Source of the DNA: Gammaproteobacteria bacterium
Lineage (GTDB): Bacteria; Pseudomonadota; Gammaproteobacteria; DSM-16500
Assembly: GCA_049294295.1 (NCBI GenBank)
Contig: JBAQCP010000259.1
Coordinates: 1-61,755 of the forward strand
Length of the DNA stretch: 61,755 nucleotides
Direction of reading: 5' to 3'
A program made the translations under genes and the position numbers. The notes under the pieces were generated by a model, which had not been told where the DNA came from, did not search any database, and saw nothing but the letters and a program-made list of their open reading frames with translations. Of this stretch, positions 28,409 to 37,795 are shown piece by piece (within the stretch, counting starts at the first letter, position 1; the number at the start of each line of letters is the position of its first letter).

Positions 28409-30649
28409 TTATAATTCCAGCTCATTACTTCTGAAAATAAAATTTCCACGCGCATCCAGCTGAACGAGCCGACCTAGTTTCCACTTTACTATTTTACTAA
28501 GATCGCCAGCATTGACAGCCTTTACCAATATTTCATTTCCACTCTGCAATAATAGAACTTTACTTCCATCATTCATGCGTCTGCTGCCCTGATACGATGC
28601 TATCCCTGCATCACTGGATTGCCAGTGACGATGAAGATCAATATCTGACGCTTGGCCATCTTTTTTATTACGATCAGCAATCCATTGTTCAATGGCAGAG
28701 TTCAACTGGTTCGACTCACTAGCAGCAGCTTCAACACGATATTGTTCGATGGTTGGATCAGAAAATTTCACCTTCAAGTTATGCATACCTGCTAGCTTGG
28801 CGACTTCTTGTCGGAAATTATCCGTCCCCTCAACAATAAGTGACTGTCCTTCAAATCGCTTAGACGCAAGTTCTATTGCTACCATTGCTGCTCCTGTTGT
28901 TGCTTTTTGTGCATGAACATGCGTCGCACGGTCAAGCACTTTACCGCCATCGATAGTACTGTAGACCATAACTCCGTCTTTTCTAGCTATAGGTTTAAGT
29001 GCTTTAAAAATAACAGTCTTTGCTTGCTCAGTGTTTTCAACAGTTAACAGGTTTTCATGTAAACGATGTGCACGTTCTTCACGGCTACGCATACCTGATA
29101 GTGCGTCGATATTTCCCAGCTCAGCCTGCTGTGATAGCCAATCGGCCCATGTCGGAAATTTTGTTTTATTGAACAGCTCTTGACGGCGCTTATTTATATT
29201 TTGTCGATTATTTTGTCGTGCTGCGTCAGCTTGCTGTTTGATAGTGGTATACAAAATACGTTTGGCTATCTTCGCGCCTCCACCCGCCGCTTTCAAAAGC
29301 ATGCGCTGTGTATGACTCCATTGCTTTATTTGAGCATTCTGGAGGGTGCGCTCGCGTTTGATCTCCTCAAAACCATGACGGCGAGCTAAGATAGATGCTT
29401 GCCGCTCTCTTTGATATTGATTGAAGAAGTTAGCTTTTTCAGGACTTCGTGGCCGTGGTTCGTACTGCTTAGTTTTAGCCATAACATTCCTTTCAGATGC
29501 TTGAAAGGTGCCAAGCCGGTCAGTCAAAGCTTTAAATGAAAGATCACGGCCGACCTGGCTAGCCTTGACCCATATATTTAATTTAGGATCACCGATCACA
29601 AGACCAGCACCACGTAAACGAACTTCAAAACCATGCTCTGCTGCGGCATCATGTAATTTTTGCCAACTAGTTACGGTTCTCATTAAGGGCGCTAGTTCAC
29701 GGGTTGCATAGCCTGCTAACGTCTCAAATCCACTGTGAGCCTCAACGTCAGCTGCTTTACCACTCAACGCATGTCGGCTTTTGCCTGATTGGCCAGGAGT
29801 TGCTCTATCGCCATGTCTCGTCCGTCGCAGGCCATCAATTCGTTCTTCTCCTCGTTGCTGTAAACTATGGCGTGCATTGCTCTGCAGTAGCATCTCACTT
29901 CTTTCGGTAACGCGTGCCAAATGGCAGCTGGACAACGTTCGCATATTGTTGAGGGTACTGGCCTCTGGTTCATCGCTAAACGTGAGATTGTAGGACTCTC
30001 GTAAATATCGTCTAAAGCTACTCTCACGTTGTTCGGGGTGTTGCTCTCGATCAAGTTGGAGTCGTTCTCCGTGCTCTCTTGTGTATTCATAATGTTTATC
30101 CTCAAGTCCATGGTTAGTTCGTTGTAGGTTGTATTTTATTTCCAGGCGATCACATGCTTTCATAAGGCGTAAAACGTCGTAATAAGGTTCTATGTTTTGA
30201 AAGCCGGTAGGATGTACTTTGTTGATGACAACATGTACATGCAGATGATCAGTATCAACATGCACTGCTGAGAGACGTTGGTGATCAGTATAGCCAATAG
30301 CTGCGCATAGCTCATCTTCAATGGCATGCAAAATCTCAATATCAGGCTTCTCATCAGGTGGAAATGAATATACTAGGTGATACGTTTTGTCAGTTCTCGA
30401 TCGTGTATTTTTGGATTGTGTGGCAAGCATTAAGCGTGTCGCATCACCTGCGTCATCGGTATCACAATTAGTGATTCTAACACTTGCTACACGTTCATTT
30501 TGTAAAGTCTTATAACCTATGACAAGAGTTTGATCAACTGTACGCTTCCAAGATTCCGGTTCAATCCCGCCCTCTGCTGCTATCATATAGCGAACAAGAC
30601 GTGACACGCTCGATGTTCCCTTGGTGCGCATAACTTTTTTAGCGATCAC
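28409..30649 (-). CDS. traI: MOBP relaxase TraI
   Basis: MIAKKV, KTYHLVYSF, HQRLSAVHVDTDHLHVHVVINKVHP (HUH motif). Confidence 0.96.
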   Translation of the reverse strand: MIAKKVMRTKGTSSVSRLVRYMIAAEGGIEPESWKRTVDQTLVIGYKTLQNERVASVRITNCDTDDAGDATRLMLATQSKNTRSRTDKTYHLVYSFPPDEKPDIEILHAIEDELCAAIGYTDHQRLSAVHVDTDHLHVHVVINKVHPTGFQNIEPYYDVLRLMKACDRLEIKYNLQRTNHGLEDKHYEYTREHGERLQLDREQHPEQRESSFRRYLRESYNLTFSDEPEASTLNNMRTLSSCHLARVTERSEMLLQSNARHSLQQRGEERIDGLRRTRHGDRATPGQSGKSRHALSGKAADVEAHSGFETLAGYATRELAPLMRTVTSWQKLHDAAAEHGFEVRLRGAGLVIGDPKLNIWVKASQVGRDLSFKALTDRLGTFQASERNVMAKTKQYEPRPRSPEKANFFNQYQRERQASILARRHGFEEIKRERTLQNAQIKQWSHTQRMLLKAAGGGAKIAKRILYTTIKQQADAARQNNRQNINKRRQELFNKTKFPTWADWLSQQAELGNIDALSGMRSREERAHRLHENLLTVENTEQAKTVIFKALKPIARKDGVMVYSTIDGGKVLDRATHVHAQKATTGAAMVAIELASKRFEGQSLIVEGTDNFRQEVAKLAGMHNLKVKFSDPTIEQYRVEAAASESNQLNSAIEQWIADRNKKDGQASDIDLHRHWQSSDAGIASYQGSRRMNDGSKVLLLQSGNEILVKAVNAGDLSKIVKWKLGRLVQLDARGNFIFRSNELEL
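29764..30090 (-). CDS. traH: TraH relaxosome protein nested out of frame inside traI
   Basis: YESPTI...STICERCPAAIW...RCYCRAMH...CDG; own RBS GAGGA before ATG 30090; same nesting as IncP traH. Confidence 0.85.
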   Translation of the reverse strand: MNTQESTENDSNLIESNTPNNVRVALDDIYESPTISRLAMNQRPVPSTICERCPAAIWHALPKEVRCYCRAMHAIVYSNEEKNELMACDGRDMAIEQLLANQAKADMR

Positions 30650-31014
30650 CGAGCAAGCCTTACCATAATGTCGCGCACTTCTTTTTGATGCTTTCGAAAC
30701 GCATTCATTAGAGCTTCTACATCTACAGGTCTAGCCCCTTGCCCTCGTTTTTCTGCGAGCCAAAGTTTCAGTAGGCCGGCTACTCGGCCAAGGTTACCAT
30801 TCACGCGTACAAGATCAGCAATAGCATCAAGGTCTGCAACAGAACGAATTGAGCAGTTCATTCCAGCCGTTCGAAGGTATGATGATAACGACAAGCTACC
30901 TTGCGTTGCTCGGTTAGCAAGCTCAGATTTTTCATCTTTAGTGACCCATACCTCGATTCTATTGCTACGAGGACGTGTTCCTCGCGCATTTTTATTTGTG
31001 GTTTGATTGGGCAT
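30646..31014 (-). CDS. traJ: TraJ relaxosome RHH protein
   Basis: IEVWVTKDEK, SLSSYLR, VNGNLGRVAGLLKLWL; true start is likely ATG 31014. Confidence 0.9.
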   Translation of the reverse strand: MPNQTTNKNARGTRPRSNRIEVWVTKDEKSELANRATQGSLSLSSYLRTAGMNCSIRSVADLDAIADLVRVNGNLGRVAGLLKLWLAEKRGQGARPVDVEALMNAFRKHQKEVRDIMVRLAR

Positions 31015-31113
31015 AAGTTGAACTTTCCTTTTCATTTTTTTTATCATTTTGTCGCGATAGCGACAGATAGCCTCGCAGAGCAAGATGCGTCGAACCGTAG
31101 GTGAGTAAGGGTT

Positions 31114-31165
31114 TGTATTGTACCGGCACGAGCTTGCTCGTACCGGTACAATACACATCTTGCCA
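31114..31165 (+). promoter_or_regulatory. oriT: 20-bp inverted repeat and IncP-type nic site
   Basis: Arms 31114-31133 and 31136-31155 (1 mismatch) followed by CATCTTG^CC (IncP consensus YATCYTG^Y), between divergent traJ and traK. Confidence 0.85.
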
Positions 31166-31309
31166 TCTTACTGATACAGATTCTAAGAAATTTTCACGAG
31201 TCTTTCCACTGAAAAACACAGGAAATTTAGCATTGCATATAATCGCATTAAAACTTGTTTAATCGCATTAAGTTGCTTAAAATTGCCTTTCTGATTAAGG
31301 GAAGAGATC

Positions 31310-31705
31310 ATGCAAGATAAACCAAATAAAAACCTTAGGCGGGGAGCGGGGCGAGTCTCATTTATAGCTCGAATAGAAAAATTCCGCGAACTGATTAAGG
31401 CGGGTCATGGTCAGCGCACCATCTACGACGAATTCGGCGGCAAAGAAAAGTTAGGCATTAGTTATTCTCAATTCAATAGATATATGACTCGATACATCGT
31501 AGGAAAAAAAGAGAAGCAAGGCGGCGATGGCCTCCAAAAAAATGATCTACAGCAATTCGACCAGGTAAGCCAATATCAGGCACCAATAATTAACACCCAA
31601 TATGAAGCTCAGAATCACAACGAGAAAACTGAAAAATATAGTTCAAAGCAGCATAATGGGTTTCAACACAATCCAAATAGCAGCGATCGAGACGATCTGA
31701 TATAA
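31310..31705 (+). CDS. traK: TraK oriT-binding protein
   Basis: GRVSFIAR, ISYSQFNRY, C-terminal GFQHNP...DDLI. Confidence 0.82.
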   Translation: MQDKPNKNLRRGAGRVSFIARIEKFRELIKAGHGQRTIYDEFGGKEKLGISYSQFNRYMTRYIVGKKEKQGGDGLQKNDLQQFDQVSQYQAPIINTQYEAQNHNEKTEKYSSKQHNGFQHNPNSSDRDDLI

Positions 31706-31721
31706 AAGGAACAATATAATT

Positions 31722-32465
31722 ATGAACGGCATTTCTAAGCTTAACTCCCATCAAGTACACTTTACACTGCAAGGCAAAGGTGGTGTGGGTAAGTCCTATG
31801 TTTCATCTCTTCTCATACAATATATTCAATCTCGAAGACAGCTAGTCACGGTTGTTGATACCGATCCTGTGAATGCTACCCTTTCAGGTTATAAATCATT
31901 CAATACTCAAAGACTTGAATTGATGGAGAATGGCGTATTAATCGAACGAAATTTTGACAAGTTGATTGAGCAAGTCATTGAGCAAAATACTAACTTTGTA
32001 ATCGACAATGGAGCGTCATCTTTTATTCCTCTCTCTTCCTACATTACTGAAAACGATGCTATCAATTTAATCCTCGAAAGCGGAAAAGAGGTTATAATCC
32101 ATACAGTCATTACTGGCGGTCAAGCTTTACGCGACACGCTCAATGGCTTTGCCTCATTGGTTGAACAGATGCCAGACAATGCTAAACTTGTTATATGGCT
32201 TAATGAGTTCTTTGGTTATATTGAAGCTGAAGGTAAAATTTTTGAAGAAATGAAGATCTATCAGAACAACAAAGATCGGGTCTATGGCATCGTCCGCATC
32301 GCACGCCACACAGCAAGTACCTTCGGCGAAGATGTGAAACTCATGCTAGATAAAAAACTTTCCTTTGAGGAAATTAACCAATCGCCAGAGTTTGGTATCA
32401 TGTCAAAGTCAAGACTTATGAAAGTTAAAAACAATATTTTTGAGCAACTTGGAACGATCATTTAG
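31722..32465 (+). CDS. traL: TraL P-loop ATPase
   Basis: LQGKGGVGKS, DTDPVNAT, IDNGASSFIPL, HTVITGGQA. Confidence 0.93.
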   Translation: MNGISKLNSHQVHFTLQGKGGVGKSYVSSLLIQYIQSRRQLVTVVDTDPVNATLSGYKSFNTQRLELMENGVLIERNFDKLIEQVIEQNTNFVIDNGASSFIPLSSYITENDAINLILESGKEVIIHTVITGGQALRDTLNGFASLVEQMPDNAKLVIWLNEFFGYIEAEGKIFEEMKIYQNNKDRVYGIVRIARHTASTFGEDVKLMLDKKLSFEEINQSPEFGIMSKSRLMKVKNNIFEQLGTII

Positions 32466-32475
32466 GGAGATTTAA

Positions 32476-32931
32476 ATGATCGACTTTGATGAATTACGAA
32501 AGCAAGTTGCAATTAAGCACAACGTCCTGATTGGAAAAGATGATCCAATTCTGGTAACAGTTACTGTCAATGATATTGTTTTAAGTCACTACCTCGACAA
32601 AATTTCTAATCAATATGAAGAGGCAAACAGGGCTTTAATGAGTCATTTACAACAGCAAGTTGAGTATTCTAAAGAAATTGCTGGGCAAGTTATCACAGAC
32701 GCTTCTAATTATATTAGCGTGCAAGTGCAGCAAGCAGCCACTGCTATTCTCAATGAGATGAAAAACGATCTGCAAAGACAGACCACCAAAGCTCAGGCTA
32801 TAAGCCATGAAGCCAGGGTTAGCAATAGAGAAGCGCAAACAGCAAAGAGCAGCGCATATTTAGCAGCAGTTTTGGCTGGAATTGCAGCAGTGATTACCGT
32901 AGCTGCTCTTTTCGTAATTCTTGCTAAGTGA
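32476..32931 (+). CDS. traM: TraM
   Basis: VAIKHNVLIGKDDPIL, C-terminal TM. Confidence 0.88.
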   Translation: MIDFDELRKQVAIKHNVLIGKDDPILVTVTVNDIVLSHYLDKISNQYEEANRALMSHLQQQVEYSKEIAGQVITDASNYISVQVQQAATAILNEMKNDLQRQTTKAQAISHEARVSNREAQTAKSSAYLAAVLAGIAAVITVAALFVILAK

Positions 32932-33071
32932 GACCTAAATATTTTTACAATGAATATACTGGGGTTTTTAATGTCCATAACGTGTAAATATTGAATAAAC
33001 AATACTACATTAAGTATGCCTTAGATTATTTGACTCGTAAGCTAATCACCCGTGTTTTATTGGGTATTGCG

Positions 33072-33320
33072 TCACTCATTATCTTCCACCAATAATTCAT
33101 CTAAACGTAAATTTTTAATACCAATGGCTTTAGCGCATTGCAAAAAAAACTTAAAGGTAAATTTGCCTAGGTTAATATTTTTGTTTATATTTTCTGGTCT
33201 CATTTCGACACCTATTTTAGATAGGGCTACGCTCATACCCTCGTAATTTATGCCTTTCTTGGTTAATTCACTTTTTAGAATATTTGTTGCCGCTATTTCC
33301 CATCCAGATTTTTTGGCCAT
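33072..33320 (-). CDS. Small HTH-like protein (DUF6471-like), candidate repressor
   Basis: ILKSELTKKGINYE...NINKNINLGKFTFKFFLQCAKAIG. Confidence 0.7.
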   Translation of the reverse strand: MAKKSGWEIAATNILKSELTKKGINYEGMSVALSKIGVEMRPENINKNINLGKFTFKFFLQCAKAIGIKNLRLDELLVEDNE

Positions 33321-33384
33321 ACGTACCTCAATAACTATTTAGATATCAATATAACTAATTAGGTTTAAATAAGCAATTTAAGTG

Positions 33385-33454
33385 TTGACTGCAGCACGCT
33401 TTGGGTTATAATAAGTTCTATATAGTTATTTTGATAACTATATAGAACTTATTA
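33385..33454 (+). promoter_or_regulatory. Near-consensus sigma70 promoter overlapped by a perfect 21-bp inverted repeat operator
   Basis: TTGACT (33385)-16 bp-TATAAT (33407); arms 33409-33429 and 33434-33454. Confidence 0.8.
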
Positions 33455-33462
33455 AGGAAATA

Positions 33463-33873
33463 ATGATGAACGCCTGCGAAAACATATTTGGTAACGTTAT
33501 GTACGGTTATAGCCGTGCTCAAGCAATTGAAGAGGGTGTATTGATAGATGTATCTCCTACTGCACAAACATCAGGGTTTAAATTACCTGTTGCGGTGACC
33601 CGTTCAGTTTGGCATACGTATATTGAATGGACTAATGATGATAGCGAGCAACAAACAAGTCAAAATCAGTCCGGCAGGTTAGCGGATGTGCTTTGGATGC
33701 TATATTCAGCATGCAAAAGAAATGGGGATGAATCATCTATCCAATATCAACTAAACGTTATCCCGCGTGATGGCCAATCAATCAAACCTCAGTTGATCTC
33801 CCTAAAAGCGGTCATCGATGATGGTGACAACGGGGAGGCCGTTATCACCATCATGCTACCTACAGAGGATTAA
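33463..33873 (+). CDS. DUF6573-like mobile-element protein
   Basis: YSRAQAIEEGVLIDVS, GRLADVLWML, GDNGEAVITIMLPTED. Confidence 0.8.
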   Translation: MMNACENIFGNVMYGYSRAQAIEEGVLIDVSPTAQTSGFKLPVAVTRSVWHTYIEWTNDDSEQQTSQNQSGRLADVLWMLYSACKRNGDESSIQYQLNVIPRDGQSIKPQLISLKAVIDDGDNGEAVITIMLPTED

Positions 33874-33882
33874 CAACATCGA

Positions 33883-33912
33883 GTTAAGCGGGTTTTACAA
33901 GAACCCGCTTAA
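33883..33912 (+). terminator. Hairpin / probable terminator
   Basis: TTAAGCGGGTT...AACCCGCTTAA just after the stop codon. Confidence 0.6.
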
Positions 33913-33944
33913 TTAACCAATCAATTAACCAGAAGGAAATTAAT

Positions 33945-34052
33945 ATGATTAAAAGCATCATACGAAAAATTTGCTATCCACGCCAAACTTTTCTTGAAAT
34001 CAAACTAAAAAGAAAAGGCAAAAAACTAATGATGGTTTATTATCTCAACTAA
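33945..34052 (+). CDS. Unannotated 35-aa basic peptide
   Basis: MIKSIIRKICYPRQTFLEIKLKRKGKKLMMVYYLN*, with RBS AGAAGG. Confidence 0.4.
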   Translation: MIKSIIRKICYPRQTFLEIKLKRKGKKLMMVYYLN

Positions 34053-34104
34053 CCAATTAACAGTTATTTTTAGGGTTTATTTAATTTAAAAAGGGAATGA
34101 GTAA

Positions 34105-34764
34105 ATGAAAGTAAAAGCAAATCAAAAAATCGCAAGTGTTGTTATTGGTGTTACATTGCTAGGGTTATCTGGCTGCACATCAATCGATCCTTATACTGGC
34201 CAAACTCGCGCATCTGATACGACTATAGGCACAGGTATCGGTGCTGTTGCTGGTGCAGGCATTGGTGCACTTATTGGCGGTGAAAGGGGTGCTTACATTG
34301 GCGCAGGCGTTGGTGCATTGGGTGGCGGCGCGATCGGATATAACATGGATAAACAAAACGAAGAATTAAGGCAAGCACTAGTTGGGTCTGGTGTCCAAGT
34401 TAGAAAAGTCGGCAATACTATTCAGTTAATCATGGCATCTGATGTAACGTTTGCAACTAATCAAGCTGCTATTCAAGATGGCTTCTACCCCACCTTAGAT
34501 TCCGTTGCCATGGTATTCAAAAAATATAATCAGAACACCATTAACATTACAGGCTATACTGATAGCACAGGCAACCCCTCTTATAATCAACAGTTGTCTG
34601 AGCAACGCGCGCAAAGCGTAGGTAATTATCTCATTTCACGTGGTGTATCTTCTAACCGTGTTTATACCAATGGATTAGGCCAACGCAACCCTGTTGCATC
34701 TAATGCTACACCTTCGGGCAGAGCAATGAATAGACGCGTGGTTATTATGCTAAGACCAATTTAA
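34105..34764 (+). CDS. OmpA-family (YiaD-like) lipoprotein
   Basis: Lipobox LSGC, glycine zipper, GYTDSTG...NQQLSEQRA, NRRV. Confidence 0.93.
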   Translation: MKVKANQKIASVVIGVTLLGLSGCTSIDPYTGQTRASDTTIGTGIGAVAGAGIGALIGGERGAYIGAGVGALGGGAIGYNMDKQNEELRQALVGSGVQVRKVGNTIQLIMASDVTFATNQAAIQDGFYPTLDSVAMVFKKYNQNTINITGYTDSTGNPSYNQQLSEQRAQSVGNYLISRGVSSNRVYTNGLGQRNPVASNATPSGRAMNRRVVIMLRPI

Positions 34765-34891
34765 AATACTTATCGGGGCAGGAAGGGTTTATGATTCTTC
34801 CTGTTCTGGTATTAATAGGTGATTTTTCATTTTATTCAATAGATTGCTGAAATGTGCTGCCTTTTCTACCACCTTAAACACTGAAACACTA

Positions 34892-34922
34892 TTGACATGA
34901 GGACATTAATGTCCTATTATAT
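34892..34922 (+). promoter_or_regulatory. hicAB promoter with palindromic operator
   Basis: TTGACA at 34892; perfect palindrome AGGACATTAATGTCCT at 34900-34915. Confidence 0.7.
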
Positions 34923-34943
34923 TCCTATACAAGGGATCTGATT

Positions 34944-35141
34944 ATGAAGGTAAAGCAATTTATCCAGAAGCTCCGCAGAATAGGAGTTGAAATTATTGAT
35001 GGGCGGGGGAAAGGAGGTCATGTGTTAGCTAAATATAATGGCAAACAAACCACTATTCCTACTCATGGTGATGCAGATATGGGAAATATTTTCCTTAAAA
35101 AAATCTGCAAGCAATTAGGAATAAAATTTGAAGACCTGTAA
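34944..35141 (+). CDS. hicA: HicA toxin
   Basis: GKGGH, TTIPTHG, KKICKQLGI. Confidence 0.9.
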   Translation: MKVKQFIQKLRRIGVEIIDGRGKGGHVLAKYNGKQTTIPTHGDADMGNIFLKKICKQLGIKFEDL

Positions 35142-35153
35142 CAGGAGGAACTT

Positions 35154-35627
35154 ATGCAACAAGCATATCCAGTAATTTTAACAAAAGATGGTCATAGTAT
35201 TATTGCAGAATTTCCTGATGTTCCTGAAGCAATGACAGTAGGATCAGATAATGACAATGCATTAGAATGGGCTCAAGATGCGTTAGTGGTTGCTTTGTCT
35301 GGTTACTTAGATGAAAGAATAGATATTCCTCAGCCATCCAGGCCGAAAGCTGGTCAAAAAACAGTGGCTTTACCGCCATTGATTGCTTCCAAGCTAGCAA
35401 TTTATCAAGCAATGCGTGAGCAAGGTATTACACAATCCGAATTGGCTGATAAGCTGCACTGTGATGCAAGACAAATTCGTCGTTTGCTTGATCTTGATCA
35501 TCATTCTCGAATGGATTTTATTGATGATGCTTTACACGAATTAGGCAAAATGCTTGTCGTTGATATTCAACCATTGGTAGCAAAAAAACAGAGCGATATT
35601 AATAAAAAAATGAGAGCACAAGTTTAA
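35154..35627 (+). CDS. hicB: HicB antitoxin with HTH
   Basis: EFPDVPEAMTVG, IPQPS, GITQSELA, RLLDLDH. Confidence 0.92.
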   Translation: MQQAYPVILTKDGHSIIAEFPDVPEAMTVGSDNDNALEWAQDALVVALSGYLDERIDIPQPSRPKAGQKTVALPPLIASKLAIYQAMREQGITQSELADKLHCDARQIRRLLDLDHHSRMDFIDDALHELGKMLVVDIQPLVAKKQSDINKKMRAQV

Positions 35628-35683
35628 GAAAAATCAAATAATAAATCGTGCAGTATTCTAGAGTTAAATGAGGTTATAATTTC

Positions 35684-35923
35684 ATGGTGTTCGTATATAA
35701 ATGTAAATTGACTAAAAATGATGATGCAGAATCTATTATTGTGGATGGGATGCAAGTAGGCATTATAGCACCTTGCATCCAAGATGTTTCTCCATTCTCC
35801 TATTCGACTGCCGACTTAAAAAACTTTTTACAGAAAATAGATCATCTCAAAAAAGATTCTTTAATGCCCGAATATTTTAATCGCATCGCATTGAATATCG
35901 AGCAGCTATTAGAAACTAATTAA
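35684..35923 (+). CDS. Hypothetical protein
   Basis: ATG-started ORF with GAGG upstream. Confidence 0.5.
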   Translation: MVFVYKCKLTKNDDAESIIVDGMQVGIIAPCIQDVSPFSYSTADLKNFLQKIDHLKKDSLMPEYFNRIALNIEQLLETN

Positions 35924-35990
35924 ATTTTATTTATTTTCTGATTTTAAAGAAAATAAAAGTTATGATATTTATACAGAGGGAGTCTTTGTC

Positions 35991-36416
35991 ATGACAAACA
36001 AAGAATATTGCCCATTTTGTGGAGAGAAGGCTTACTATCATCAGACCAAGCCTTTTACATTACGCTATAAAAAGCATGTCATCACTGTGCAGCAACCAGG
36101 CCATTGGTGCAATTCATGCCATGAGAGTGTTATTGGTGATGATGATCGCAAAGCAACGCAAAAAGAATTGCAATCCTTCAGATCCAAAGTTGATGGTCTG
36201 CTGACGCCAGATGCAATCAAAAGTATTCGCTTAAAACTTCACATAAGGCAAGACCAAGCGGGGGAATTGTTTGGTGGGGGCATGAATGCGTTTAGTCGTT
36301 ATGAGCAGGGATTAACACCTATTCCCAGGTCAACAAGCCAACTTCTCAGGATATTGGAGAAGCACCCGGATCTTTTAATAGAATTAAATAGCGGAGATAG
36401 ACAATCTATCGTATGA
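35991..36416 (+). CDS. mqsA: MqsA-family antitoxin (zinc finger + HTH)
   Basis: CPFC...CNSC, IRLKLHIRQDQAGELFGGGMNAFSRYEQG. Confidence 0.88.
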   Translation: MTNKEYCPFCGEKAYYHQTKPFTLRYKKHVITVQQPGHWCNSCHESVIGDDDRKATQKELQSFRSKVDGLLTPDAIKSIRLKLHIRQDQAGELFGGGMNAFSRYEQGLTPIPRSTSQLLRILEKHPDLLIELNSGDRQSIV

Positions 36417-36466
36417 GTCAGAAAAGATAAATATATTAATAACGTAAGAAAGGATCAGATAATATC

Positions 36467-36679
36467 ATGAAATATGAAAACTTTGGGCAGGGTAAATATT
36501 ATTATTTTCGCTCCGAAGGTGCTTGGGGTGTTAAGCTACAGGGTGCTAATGAAATTGTAGCGAAAGTATGTGATAAAAATTATGCTGGCTTAATTGCTGA
36601 CCTTCTAAATCGATTTGGTAAAGAATACGATCTTCTGACTCATTTAGAATATGAAATTTTAAATAAAAATAGTAATTAA
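36467..36679 (+). CDS. Hypothetical protein
   Basis: ORF with AAGGA upstream. Confidence 0.5.
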   Translation: MKYENFGQGKYYYFRSEGAWGVKLQGANEIVAKVCDKNYAGLIADLLNRFGKEYDLLTHLEYEILNKNSN

Positions 36680-36694
36680 TTTAGGGCTTTTATA

Positions 36695-36955
36695 ATGGAC
36701 ATTGTTTTTTTTATATGGGAAAAATCTGAAAGAATCGGATTGACGTTATCTTTAGCAGGTCTATCATTATTTTTGAACTGGTATGCCCGACATCAAGAAA
36801 GTCTACCAGCTAATACAGGAGATATTTTGGCAGGGACATTGGCAGAACCTAGTCATATGATATCAAAAATAATGTGGTATATGACTATTACATCTTTGGC
36901 TATCTATTTAGGTAGGAAGATTGTAGATAATATTCGCGGCAAGATATCATTTTAG
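36695..36955 (+). CDS. Small two-TM membrane protein
   Basis: Two hydrophobic segments. Confidence 0.5.
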   Translation: MDIVFFIWEKSERIGLTLSLAGLSLFLNWYARHQESLPANTGDILAGTLAEPSHMISKIMWYMTITSLAIYLGRKIVDNIRGKISF

Positions 36956-36979
36956 TAGTAATATTTACATAGGCCTAAT

Positions 36980-37795
36980 GTGATGAATAAAAAAGAATCG
37001 ACTTTAACAAGAGCTGCAAAGCCTAATTTAATACCCAAAAATAATTCAGTAGTAATGGTAAAAGTTTGGTTTTTAAGACTAAAAAATCAGAAGAATTCAT
37101 TGCAATGGCATCAATACGAAATTAATGATATCTATAATGCTTATTATCAAACCAACGAAGTCCCATCCACAGTTGTTATTCAAGGAGGATGCATTGAGAA
37201 TGAACCACAAAAGAATTTAGTATATTCCCATAGCGTAACTAATATCTTGAATAGATTTAAAATAAGAAGCGCTCATGAATTGATGTTTCTTCTAGCACAA
37301 CACCCCAAAAACCAAAAAATTCCATGTGAATACTGCAAAGAGGGATTTGTATTTACTAATAGGACAAGTAAAACAGTGACTTGCGGTCATAGTCATTATT
37401 GCCGCTTTGAGAATTGCAAAGAACCATTAAAAGATTATTCGTATTGTGATAAACATAGGCACTCCAATAGAGGCATAGAGTACAACTCTTCCAATGTTTC
37501 ACACGCTCCTTCTCAGATTAACAGGGGAGATATTTTAACAAACTACGCTTATACTAACAGTATGGCTAATTTTGATGTTAACCATTTATTTGATACAAAA
37601 TCTAAAGTGGGAACAGATTTTCCGGCCTATATTACAGCCGAAGAAAAGGGTACAGAAGTACAGCATAATTTTTATTCTGGTATGATTTTTCTTAAAACAT
37701 CCCCTGAAATTCATAAGCATGCAACAATGATTGCAAAGGCTCATGGTAAAGATCTTAATACTTGGATAGAAGAGTTACTTCTTTCATCTTTTTGA
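36980..37795 (+). CDS. Cys/His-rich protein with C-terminal HicB-type RHH domain
   Basis: CEYC, CGHSHYC, CDKH; YSGMIFLKTSPEIHKHATMIAKAHGKDLNTWI. Confidence 0.6.
   Translation: MMNKKESTLTRAAKPNLIPKNNSVVMVKVWFLRLKNQKNSLQWHQYEINDIYNAYYQTNEVPSTVVIQGGCIENEPQKNLVYSHSVTNILNRFKIRSAHELMFLLAQHPKNQKIPCEYCKEGFVFTNRTSKTVTCGHSHYCRFENCKEPLKDYSYCDKHRHSNRGIEYNSSNVSHAPSQINRGDILTNYAYTNSMANFDVNHLFDTKSKVGTDFPAYITAEEKGTEVQHNFYSGMIFLKTSPEIHKHATMIAKAHGKDLNTWIEELLLSSF

Noticed and set aside
31015..31219. N-terminal extension of traJ and ORFs 30901-31104 and 30992-31219
   Set aside because: They overlap the oriT inverted repeat and nic site; TraJ similarity begins at MPNQ (31014)
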